Shown here: positions 12,172-22,700 of the stretch, in pieces
Position numbering within the stretch: the stretch's first letter is position 1
Layout: the number at the start of each line of letters is the position of its first letter
DNA from: the human T2T-CHM13v2.0 reference genome, Homo sapiens
DNA: 64,000 nucleotides
NCBI RefSeq assembly: GCF_009914755.1
Contig: NC_060934.1
Direction: 5' to 3' (one strand)
Notes under the pieces: generated by a model
The model's input: only the letters and a program-made list of their open reading frames with translations
Told to the model about the DNA's origin: nothing
Databases searched by the model: none
Position numbers and translations under genes: made by a program

Positions 12172-13777
12172 ATTTTTATTTCCAAGTTCCAGGGTACATG
12201 TGCAGGATGTGCAGGTTTGTTACATAGGTAAATGTGTGTCACAGTGGTTTGCTGCACCTATCAATGCATCACCTAGGTATTAAGCCCAGCATGAATTAGC
12301 CATTTTTCCTAATGCTCTCCCTCTCCCCACCCCACCCACTGACAGGCCCCAGTGTGTGTTGTTCCTCTCCCTGTATCCATGTGTTCTCATTGTTCAGCTC
12401 ACACTTTAAGTGAGAACATGTGGTATTTAGTTTTTTGTTCTTGTGTTAGTTTGCTGAGGATAATGGCTTCCATCTCCATCCATGTCACTGCAAAGGACAT
12501 GATCTCATTCCTTTTTATGGCTCATAGTATTCCATGGTATATATACACCATATTTTCTTTATCCAATCTATCATTGATAGACATTTGGGTTGATTCCATG
12601 TCTTTGCTATTGTGAATAGTGCTGCAATGAACATACGCGTGCATGTATTTTTGTAACAGGATAATTTATGTTCCTTTGGGTATATACCCAGTAATGGGAT
12701 TGCTGGGTCAAATGGTGTTTCTAGTTCTAGATCTTTAAGGAATCACCACATCGTCTTCCATGATGGTTGAACAAATTTACATTCCCAACAGTGTAAAAGT
12801 GTTCCTATTGCTCTGCAACCTCACCCCATCTGTTGTTTCTTGACTTTTTAATAATCGCCATTCTGACTGGCATGAGATAGTATCTCATTGTGGTTTTGAT
12901 TTGTATTTCTTGAATGATCAGTGATATGGCACTTTTTTTTTCATATATTTGTTGGCCACCTGAATGTCTTCTTTGGAGAAATGTCTGTTCATGTCCTTTG
13001 CTCATTTTTAATGGGGTCGTTTGGTTTTTTCTTATAAATTTGTTAAGTTCCCTGTAGATTCTGGATATTAGACCTTTGTTAGATGGATAGATTCCAAAAA
13101 TTTTCTCCTACTCTATAGGTTACCTGTTTGCTCTGATGATAGTTTATTTTGCTGTGCAGAAGCTCTTTAGTTTAACTAGATCCCATTGTCAATTTTTGCT
13201 TTTGTTGCAACTGCTTTTGACATTTTCGTCATGAAATCTTTGCCTATGCCTATGTCCTGAATGGTATTGCCTAGATTTTCTTCGAGAGGTTTTATAGTTT
13301 TGGGTTTTACATTTAAGTCTTTAATCCATCTTGAGTTAATTTTCATATAAGGTATAACGAAGGGGTCCAGTTTCGATTTTCTGTGTACGTCTAGCCAGTT
13401 CTCCCAGCACCATTTATTAAATAGGGAATTATTTCCCCATTGCTTGTTTTTGTCAGGTTTGTCGAAGATCAGATGGTTGTAGATGTGTGGTCTTATATCT
13501 GAGTTCTCTATTCTGTTCTATTGGTCTATGCGTCTGTTTTTGTACCAATTCTGTACAAAAACAGTACACTGTTTGGTAACTGTAGTCTCATAGTATAGTT
13601 TGAAGTCAGGTAGCATGATGCCTCCAGCTTTGTTTTTTTTGCTTTGGATTGTCTTGGCTATATGAGCTCTTTTTTGGCTCCATATGAATTTTAAAATAGT
13701 TTCTTCTAATTCTGTGAAGAATATCAATGGTAGTTTAATGGGAATAGCATTGAATCTATAAATTACTTTGGGCGGTA
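12172..13777 (-). mobile_element. 5'-truncated L1PA (about L1PA8-10 type), 3' UTR plus ORF2 end
   Basis: L1PA 3' end gggtacatgtgcaggatgtgcaggtttgttacatagg; ORF2 peptide [16 protein letters not shown] (13518-13727); TSD agccatgtcactttt at 12157-12171 and 13778-13792. Confidence 0.93.
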
Positions 13778-13885
13778 AGCCATGTCACTTTTTGATTATA
13801 CTATTTTTGTGGTAAACTGGATCTGTATCTAAAATTGTAAAGCACTCACAAGTTTGTGTATGTGTATGTTTTTTTAATGACACAG

Positions 13886-14124
13886 GTCATTGAGACTGCC
13901 TCTTCTCAAAGGGACACTGTCCTCAGCACTTTATACAGCAGTTTAAATAAAGTCATTCTTTATTGCCTATCCAAGCCCCAGCAGTCCCTCTCCGAATGCC
14001 TCGGCCTTCTCAGCATCCTGGGCTTTCTGCAGGAGCACTGGGATGTTGTCTTTGCCACCTACAATTCCAACATCAGCTTCCTCCTGTGTCTCATGCATTG
14101 CCTTTTGCTACTCAATGAGAGAAG
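13886..14124 (+). CDS. WDFY4: WDFY4 exon F, 239 nt, phase 0-2 (VIETASSQR...LLLNER)
   Basis: gacacag|GTC acceptor, AAG|gtaaga donor. Confidence 0.95.
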
Positions 14125-14677
14125 GTAAGAGCTGCCCACTTGTTTCCTTGTCTGCTGGTGGTCCATGCAGAAAGGAGAGATTTAGAGGAAAGCTTGATTG
14201 AGGACTGAGTTCTGTATAAATGATATCATCCTTTTGTTTATCTGGTCTTCCATATTTTGTGAAATGTTTGATAACATGGTAAGTAATCCCCAAACTTGTC
14301 CATGTGACAGCAGTTAGAATCATCATGAGATAATAATTTACCCTATTTCCACAATTCTAGGATTGTAAGATAAGTCATTGATTTAATTTTTGAGGCAGAA
14401 AATGCCAACATTAGATGTACACATTGATTTTGTGATGCAGCCAGACTCTAGAAGCATTATCATTTGATAATTGCAATCTTAGAAAGGAAAAAATATAATA
14501 CATTGTATTGTGCAATGCAGGAATAATTTTGCTTTCAGGAAAAAAATTACATATGCATACAATGTATGACATAAAATCACATCCATAAAAATGCTAGTTA
14601 AAAAGCTATTAAATTAAGCTTATTTGAGTCCTTTTCTTGAAGCCCCAAGTTTGGAAATACATCAGATTTCCAAATCT

Positions 14678-14773
14678 GAATGTGGTTCATGCACACTGAC
14701 ACAGAGAGAGAGACAGGAATTATGTTCACTTTCTGTCTCTCTCTCTCCGTGTCAGTGTGCATGAACCACATTC
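14678..14773. repeat. Near-perfect inverted repeat (39-bp stem, 2-nt bulge, 16-nt loop)
   Basis: 14678-14702 is the exact reverse complement of 14749-14773, and 14703-14716 of 14733-14746. Confidence 0.95.
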
Positions 14774-15447
14774 TCCAGCATCTCAGCATCCTGCTGGCTG
14801 TGAGTATGATGTCTTATGAATAGAGCCGTGAGAGTGTAGAGGGAGAGAGGACAATGGGATATCACACTTTGCTGTTGTCCTTTTTCTTCATTTTATTCAT
14901 CCTAACAAAAATTATGTTTGATCACTTGAAAAAAAAACAATCCCCCACATCCTGTAGTGTTGACTACTGAGCAGTACAAAACACTAGCATTGACTTCTCA
15001 TAAAACTCTCTGGGAAGCCCTGGGAAACCCTCCTAGCCCAGAGAGGCACTTGTCTTTGTATGAAAGAAAATAATCCATTTTCAGTATGTGGTTTAATTTG
15101 GGGAAGTTTTTTTTTTTTCTTCCTGTTTCAAGAGTTAGGCCTTGTCCATCCTGGAAGCACAGGTAAAGAGGAGCAGAATGACAACTGAATTATATGCTTG
15201 AGATGATACCCTCCTCAGTTCCCTCTGTTTAGCAAGATTGACTTCATTCTAGAAATTTCAAACATGGGCATTCTCATATGTCAGGTTATTTTCCTTTCCA
15301 TGTTTGTCATTTTCAGTTCAATCCATGAACATTTACTGAGTGTCTGTTTGGTTTGTGTCATAATGGCCACGTGGACGTTAACACAATGGGGACCCCCAGA
15401 GCACATGGTTCATGGGAAACCTAATGTATAAACCACTGTGTCCCCAC

Positions 15448-15618
15448 TTACAACTGGCTACATCATATGTGAGGCCTCCAGCAAAATTAAAATGCTAGGC
15501 TTGTGTCCAAAAATACCCAAAATTTCAAGATGATGACAGCAGAGCCCCAAAAAAGGGTTCTTCTAAGTGCAGGGCCCTGTGTAATTGCACAGGTTGCACG
15601 CCCATGAAGCCAACCCTG
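15448..15618. mobile_element. MER45A-like hAT DNA transposon
   Basis: ends gggccctgtgtaattgcacaggttgcacgcccatgaagccaaccctg. Confidence 0.7.
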
Positions 15619-15992
15619 GCCCCATTCAAGCAGGATGAAATCAATGCCAAACAAAGGCAGGGTTCAATTCTTTGGGAAGGCACTGAAAGAAATGACTAGT
15701 TTTGATGGCGGGGAATCAGGAGTGGGCACAGGGGGACTGCTGGCAGCACAGGTGGGATTTCACAAGACTTCTCATAAGGAGAAAGTGTTTCTCCTACTAT
15801 TCAGAATGCCACTCTAAAATATCTGCTGTGGAATTTCTTATAAAGTGTTTGCTTTAATTTGATTAGGCAAGTTTTTTTCCATATTGATATAGATAATTAT
15901 TGGAGGATGATTATTTGTAATAAAGAACAATAGAATGGTCTCAAGGAAACTGGAATTTATTGGATTTTAGTGAAAAATCTCTTATCCACTAG

Positions 15993-16111
15993 TTACCCAG
16001 AAGGATTTGGATTGGAGCCCAAGCCTAGAATGTCTACTTATCATCAAGTCTTCCTTTCCCCAAATGAAGACGTGAAAGAAAAAAGAGAAGACTTACCAAG
16101 TTTGAGTGATG
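15993..16111 (+). CDS. WDFY4: WDFY4 exon G, 119 nt, phase 2-1 (SYPEGFGLE...LPSLSD)
   Basis: tccactag|T completes AG|T (Ser); ATG|gtacat donor; phases match both neighbours. Confidence 0.92.
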
Positions 16112-16782
16112 GTACATTTTATTTGTCATTGTGTGTGTGGGCGGGGGGGGGGCGGGGAGGGGGTGGTGGCAGGATAGTGGTACCTGCTAGGGTTGCATTC
16201 TTCAGTTCGTCCTTCCCGAAATAAGAAAGCAGATACTATTAAGGACATTTTCAAAAAGCCAGAAGACTTAGGAAATCCTAGGGTAATCATGTATTAGTAT
16301 ATAGCAAGGCAAGCTGGTAGAAAGTAACACTGGATTGGTCTTTGTATACTAGAAATGAAATGGAAAGGAATGAATCGATGCATAGGTGAAGAGAAAGCTC
16401 CATGGGACTTGGTTTGACTAGAAGCTTAATCCCAGGGTACTCTACGGTAAATTAAAACTGTCACTCCCCATCTCACCTAATTTAGTTCAAGCCATTACCT
16501 AGTTGCTGCTCAGCTTCATTCCCTAGTAAATGAGAAGGGATTAAACAAACCCATTACTCTCTATAAGACTTTTTGCCTAATGGAGTTTATTCTTGGATTT
16601 ACTAATCTCAAATCAAGTTAAAGGGATTAGCAGTTATTTTTCTAGCAGCCAGTTCTATGTGTTTGAGAGATTATGCTCTCTCTTGGTCTAGGAAGCAGAA
16701 GCTCTGCCACTCCTTCTGCCAGTCTGGTTTGCAGACTGTTACACTTACCTAGTCATATGTTGTAATACAAGATTGTACACAC

Positions 16783-17075
<293 letters not shown>

Positions 17076-17914
17076 AAGATTGTACACACAGGGCCTCTGT
17101 GTTCTGGTCAGGTAGCTGCCATGCTCAAAAATCTCGTGACTTTGAAGTTTGTTGGACATGGTTTTGATTACAACACAGAGGTACATACTTTGGGACTTGG
17201 CCAGTAGAGCTGGGCTGGGCACTGTCCATTCCCTTAGGGTGAGAGAAACAGTCTCCAGGGGCTGTTACCAGAGAGGGGACTCATTGGTCCAAGATCAGAG
17301 AAAATTTAGGCATGGTTCAGGGGATTACAGATGTGGGGCACAGCAGACACAGTTGGTTTGTTAGATCTGCTTATACCTGAAGAATTCCAGGGGACTGAAA
17401 TGGGTGGGTAGTGAGAAGCAAGGTCCAGGAAAGAGGACAGGCTGTTCCTGAGCCGTGAGCCACAGGATAGTCTTGAGCTTGGTGTCCATTCCCCTGAGAG
17501 GTCAACATGTAAGGGAAGGTTGGAAGGAGCTGTTTGAGTGGAGCTATTTGACTACCCTGAGATCACACAAGGTGTCCCTCTGGTATCCAACAGAATTATG
17601 GGGTGGAGAGTTGAGGGTCTCTGAGCTCATAAATGATATGTTTCCCAGTCCTGGACATGTGAGGCAGGCAGGAATTGGTGGTAAGCAGGTGGAGGTGGAG
17701 AAAGGCCAGCTTGCATGGGTGTTGGTGGCATTGTTGTCAGGCCTGTGGCTCTCAGTACTGATTGCTTCTCGCTGAAGCTTGCAAAGCTGGGGTGATGTTC
17801 AAGACCTTAAGTGAGAAGGGTGTGGGTAAAACCACTCATGATGCACCATCTCCCAGCCCTCTCTGGGAGGGTCACTGAGGCCATCCTGAGTGTGCCATGT
17901 GCTCTCTCTGCTAG

Positions 17915-18100
17915 TCCAACACAACATCCAGAAGACAGTGCAGACTCTCTGGCAGCAGCTGGTGGCACAAAGGCAGCAGACCCTGGAGGATGCCTTCAAG
18001 ATCGATCTCTCTGTGAAACCTGGAGAGAGGGAAGTGAAGATTGAAGAGGTCACACCGCTCTGGGAGGAGACGATGCTCAAGGCCTGGCAGCATTACTTAG
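17915..18100 (+). CDS. WDFY4: WDFY4 exon H, 186 nt, phase 1-1 (VQHNIQKT...AWQHYL)
   Basis: ctctctgctag|TC acceptor; TAG|gtctct donor (weak, but needed for the HYL-ASEKK junction). Confidence 0.9.
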
Positions 18101-18831
18101 GTCTCTATCCACTCGGCTCCAGGGAATGGGAACTCCTGGGTCTCACAGAGCCAGACTCCCGCAAGGTTCAACTCAGTGCCTAGAGCCTTTTCCACCTGGA
18201 CCCTCTGTCTCATCCCTTAAGTGGATGGGATTTATATCACTGAAATCTTATGTATCTTTCCTCACAAATAATGAATATCACATGGCACCTTGGGTGAAAG
18301 CAAGGCCACAGGAGCCAACCAAGCAGGAAGATTCCAGTAATTTCTTAGAGGAAGAGGCCCATGTGGAGGCTGTGGCCTGGGCTCAGGAACTTGAGGTTCT
18401 AGGTCCTACCCTGTTATCCACCGACCAGCTTTGAAACCTTTCACTGTCATGCAATGTCCTTGAGCTTAGGTTCCTCATGTCCTGTCACTTCATGAAATGA
18501 AAGTTTTCATCCCCAAAATATTAATGTCCCTTGCATTCTATTCTGTTAGTGACCTCAACATTTTTATCATATTAGTATTTGGTACTAATAAACAACATTT
18601 TTGCATATTAGTCAATGCAACTGCAAGAATGAATTTTTAATTTTGTTTTCAAGGTGATCACTGCTCTCAACTTACACCTCCTATACTTGTACATCTTCCA
18701 GAATCACAAAATGTGCAGTGATTCAAGAGTTAGTTATTTCCATGTATATTGTCCCAGACTGTCCAGTGGCCCAGAATCTCCTTCTAAATTGGCTTTATAA
18801 ATTAGTCCTGGCAAGTGTATATATACATATC

Positions 18832-19239
18832 TGGTTTTGTCCATTTATGCTGCTATAACAAAATACCACAGACTGAGTGATTTACAAATAATAGAAATTT
18901 ATTTGCTCAGTTCTGGAGGCTGGGAAGTTCAAAATCAAGGTGCCAGTAGATCTGGTGCCTGCTGAGGGCTGTGTCTGGCATCTGCTTCTAAGATGGTACC
19001 TTGTTGCTATATCCTCTGTAAGGGAGAAATGCTGTGTCCTCCCATGTTGGAAGAGACAGAAGGGCAAAAATGGCCTGGGATGGCCCCCTTCAGCTTTTTT
19101 ATAAGACACTAATTCATTCATGAGCGTAGAACCCTCATATTTTAATCACCTCCCAAAAGGTCCCACTTCTTAGTACCACCACAATTGGGATTAAGTTTCA
19201 ACATGAATTTTGGAGGGAACACACATTCAAACGATAGCA
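18832..19239 (-). mobile_element. MaLR solo LTR (MST/MLT1A-like)
   Basis: tgctgctataacaaaataccacagactg...gttctggaggctgggaagttc...cacattcaaacgatagca. Confidence 0.8.
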
Positions 19240-19787
19240 ATACCTGTCTACTTTCATGTACTTTTAAAGTCAAAATGTCAGATTCTATTTCAGAGAAAAG
19301 TAAAATAGGATATACATATCCATGCACATAGAGTGGAATAAAGTAGTAAAACTGTAAAGCTTACAAATGACTCTCTTTTTGCCCACAGTCCTATATTGAA
19401 TACTTTCTATGTTCCAGGGTCTTTAAACACATCTTATGTAATATTCATGACCCCTCAACTGGTTTAGATATTGTTATCCCCATTTCACAGGATGAGAAAA
19501 CTGAGGCTCAGCAACTTTAGTTAATCTGCTCAACATCTCATTGTGGATCAACAAGCCGTGGAGCTAGGAGTTTAGGCTAAGTCTGGTGACCTCAAAGCCC
19601 ACAGTGTTTCTTAGCCAAAGGAAGGTCAGAAGACGGCAGTGTGAGCTTGTAGCCTGGGTTGTTTCTCTTTTTGGAGGCAACCACAGGGGGCTCATGCCCC
19701 TGGCTGGCCCTTTGAAAGCCAAGCTAGCTATAAAAATAGTGTGTGCTCTCACTTCACCTCTGACATTCTTTGCTTCCCTTCCCTCAG

Positions 19788-19924
19788 CATCTGAGAAGAA
19801 GTCACTGGCAAGTCGTTCAAATGTTGCACACCACAGCAAAGTCACTTTGTGGAGTGGAAGCCTGTCCTCAGCCATGAAGCTGATGCCCGGGCGGCAGGCC
19901 AAGGACCCTGAGTGCAAGACAGAG
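19788..19924 (+). CDS. WDFY4: WDFY4 exon I, 137 nt, phase 1-0 (ASEKKSLAS...PECKTE)
   Basis: long pyrimidine tract + cag|CA; GAG|gtgagc donor. Confidence 0.95.
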
Positions 19925-20355
19925 GTGAGCCCAGACCCCTTTTCCTCAGAAAAGTATCAGGCATTTGCTTCAAACCCCATGAGTCATATCTCTTCTTTGC
20001 TGCCTGTTACTAGACATGATCTAACTCCACGTCCTTGTGAGCATTTGAGGGTATGCATGTAGCTCCCCAGTGGAGGCTATGTTTAGGCTGTATTAGGCTG
20101 GCTCCTTGTTCCCATTCTCAACTGGAGTCAGATGTATTCAGAGGGCACTAGCCCACCACTCAGCAGCAGCTAGGGGTGTGAGCCCAGCAAAGGTGGACAG
20201 AAACATTCACTTCATTGCCAGGAGACACAGGGTTGGGCCACTTTGACTGTGTTGGGTAGGCCCTCTTTACTGTGTGGGGCAGACCCGTTGGGATTTTCTA
20301 ATCAGTTTCTCAAAACCTGCAAAACAAGTCTTCCTAAAACTCATTGGCACCAACA

Positions 20356-20356
<1 letters not shown>

Positions 20357-20412
<56 letters not shown>
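20357..20412. repeat. Compound microsatellite (TG)16(AG)12
   Basis: direct count. Confidence 0.95.
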
Positions 20413-20413
<1 letters not shown>

Positions 20414-20439
20414 TCAGGAACGTTGTTGTAAGGTATATG

Positions 20440-20870
20440 GAGTACGGTGGGTGGGGGGACAGGTTATCTCTGCCCCACAGTGTCTGGGGCCTCAGTTGGG
20501 ATCGTTGGAAGGCTGAGTTACTCATATATCTGGTGGTTGGTGCTGGCTTTAGTCTGAGACCTTAAGGGGGGCTATTGGCTGGAACACCTACACATGGCCT
20601 CCTCATGTGAACTGGGCTTCCTTACAGCATGGTAGCAGGGTTTCAAAAGATAATGGAGAGAGAGAGCTCATCAGGCAGAAACTGCATTACCTTTTATGAC
20701 CTAGCTTCAGGAGCCATGCAGTGTCACCTCCATCAAGATGGGGAAAAAATTCTGCCCAAGTTCAAGGGAAGGGAAATAGACTCCACCTTCTCATGGGGGA
20801 GTGACGAGGTTCTGCAGGAACATGTGGGACTGGAAATGTTGCTGAGGCTCTTTTGGAAATGCATGATCTG
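20440..20870. mobile_element. Old MLT1-type LTR fragment
   Basis: cctacacatggcctcctcatgtgaactgggcttccttacagcatgg...ttttatgacctagcttcagga; approximate. Confidence 0.55.
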
Positions 20871-22118
20871 TGATATATTCTAATGCCAGTGATATATTCT
20901 AATCCCAGGGGCACTGACTTCTTCAGAGGTGGACTGTGGTTTTTGCTAGACATGGCTGTAGGGTCAGGAGACCTTGGGCAGTTTACTTAACTCCCCAGTG
21001 GGATAAATAACTGTGAGAACCCAGAAAGGTTCCCCAGGGAGGTAAAGTAGACAGCTGACAGACACATTAACATAATCCCAGCTCTTGGCCCATGAACTTC
21101 GGGAAATGAGGTGGAGCCTAAATCCCACCAGCTCAGAATCTGTAACTGCCTGTAAGTGCCCAGGCAGCCGAGGAAAAGGCCTTTCTTTTCCCAGGCTTTG
21201 GGAATCATAGGCTTCAGGGCCTAGAAAGAGTCCAGACATAGAAGGGAAGTCCAGAAATGAATGGCTGGGCTGACCAGCTACCTGATGCTAAGAGCTAAGG
21301 GCAAAGCACATGTCTTATTCAGGCTGTATTCTCAGGGAATTGACTTGTTAAAGGCACTGTTCAATAAGTTCATTGATAGACTCACTGATTGAATACGTGA
21401 ATGTGTGAGTAACTCACTCAGATTTTGTAATAGCTGCATCAGACAGGTATTATAGCCTTGTTATAAAAATGTGGAAGCTGAATCTGAAAAAAAAAAAGAA
21501 AGTTAAGGGCTTTTCAGTCATTAAATGTCAGAGTGAAGATAGGATCCCATCTTTGTGCTGCTGAGGAGGACCTTAGGGAATTTATGGAACCTCTCAGAGC
21601 TTTCATTCCTGAACTTACCACTGGGAATATGCTCTGTTTATAATAGAGCATGTGGAGCCCTTGGAAGCTGTAAATGCTTTAGAAATAGGAGACTGTTTAC
21701 AAATTCCATTTGGCCTTCTAGCTCTCTCTGCCAAGGTCAAGATCATCCTATAGGTGATATGTGTACCAAGTCCTAAAACTTGGAGCATTCCCACTTGTGC
21801 CCATATACCTGCTCCTGACCAGTGTCACTTGAGACAGAAGGGGCCCAGCCCCTCTTTCCTTGGCTTCATCATGGAGCTTCTCTTCCTTGGCCATTGTCCC
21901 CAGGAGGTCAGGACAGCCTGGCTGGGAGCTAGGGAAGGAATGTTAGGGTGCTGGGCATGGGCATTCATCTCATGGGAACCCTCACACCTGTTGATGCTGC
22001 CTCTTGCCAATGCCCTTCTCCCTTCCCCTCTAGTCACTCTCATTGATACAGCTCAGCTGCCTCCGAGTCCTGGGGACATGCATTGAGCAACAGTTCGTAT
22101 GAAAGAAGGCTGAGTAGA

Positions 22119-22130
22119 CCACCATGTTTA
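22119..22130 (+). promoter_or_regulatory. YY1 near-consensus site CC[A]CCATGTTT
   Basis: one base (A22121) away from the YY1 core CGCCATNTT; probably the rs877819 site (recalled). Confidence 0.5.
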
Positions 22131-22274
22131 GGGCCACATAGGTGTCCCAAGTGGCTTTTAACAGTTTGCTCTTGGCTCACATTGAGAGATCTGGGAGAAA
22201 GAATATCCAAAGCCGGCTCTGTCTTGGGTGAGGGCAGGCTGCTGAAGATTTTGTCTTCTATATCCATTGAGGTC

Positions 22275-22700
22275 TTATTCACTTGTTCATTCAACAAATA
22301 TTTATTGAGCACTTACTCTGTACCCTGCTCTCAGCATTGAGGTTACAGCAGAGAACAAAACTGACATATTCTCTTCTCTCAAGGAGCTGCAGTCTGGGAA
22401 GTAAGATAGACAATAAGCAAATACAGTTGTAAATATTGGGAGAACTGATGGCAATGAGAAAAAACAATGCAGGGTAAGGCAGGGAGGGGGGCGAGAGAGG
22501 GGCTGGGCTTGTTCAGATGGAGAAGGTCAGCAAAGTCATCTTTGGCAAGGATGCCTTGGAGCAGAGGAGATAATTTATGAAGAACATGAGCTTTGAGATG
22601 CTCTGGGAAAGAGGATCAGGCAGAGAGGACAGTTGGGCAATGGCACTGAGGTGCATGTGTGCTGGGCAGCAAAGGCCAGTGTGGCTGAACTGAAGTGGAG
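22275..22700 (-). mobile_element. L2 LINE 3' fragment
   Basis: tcattcaacaaatatttattgagcacttactctgt (L2 tail) followed by L2-like body. Confidence 0.75.

Noticed and set aside
13518-13727. L1 ORF2-like peptides (also 45394-46042 and 50172-51785)
   Set aside because: Short fragments of truncated, frameshifted L1 copies; not functional genes
20870-20907. 19-bp near-tandem duplication (also a 9-bp one near 60640)
   Set aside because: Ordinary short slippage events
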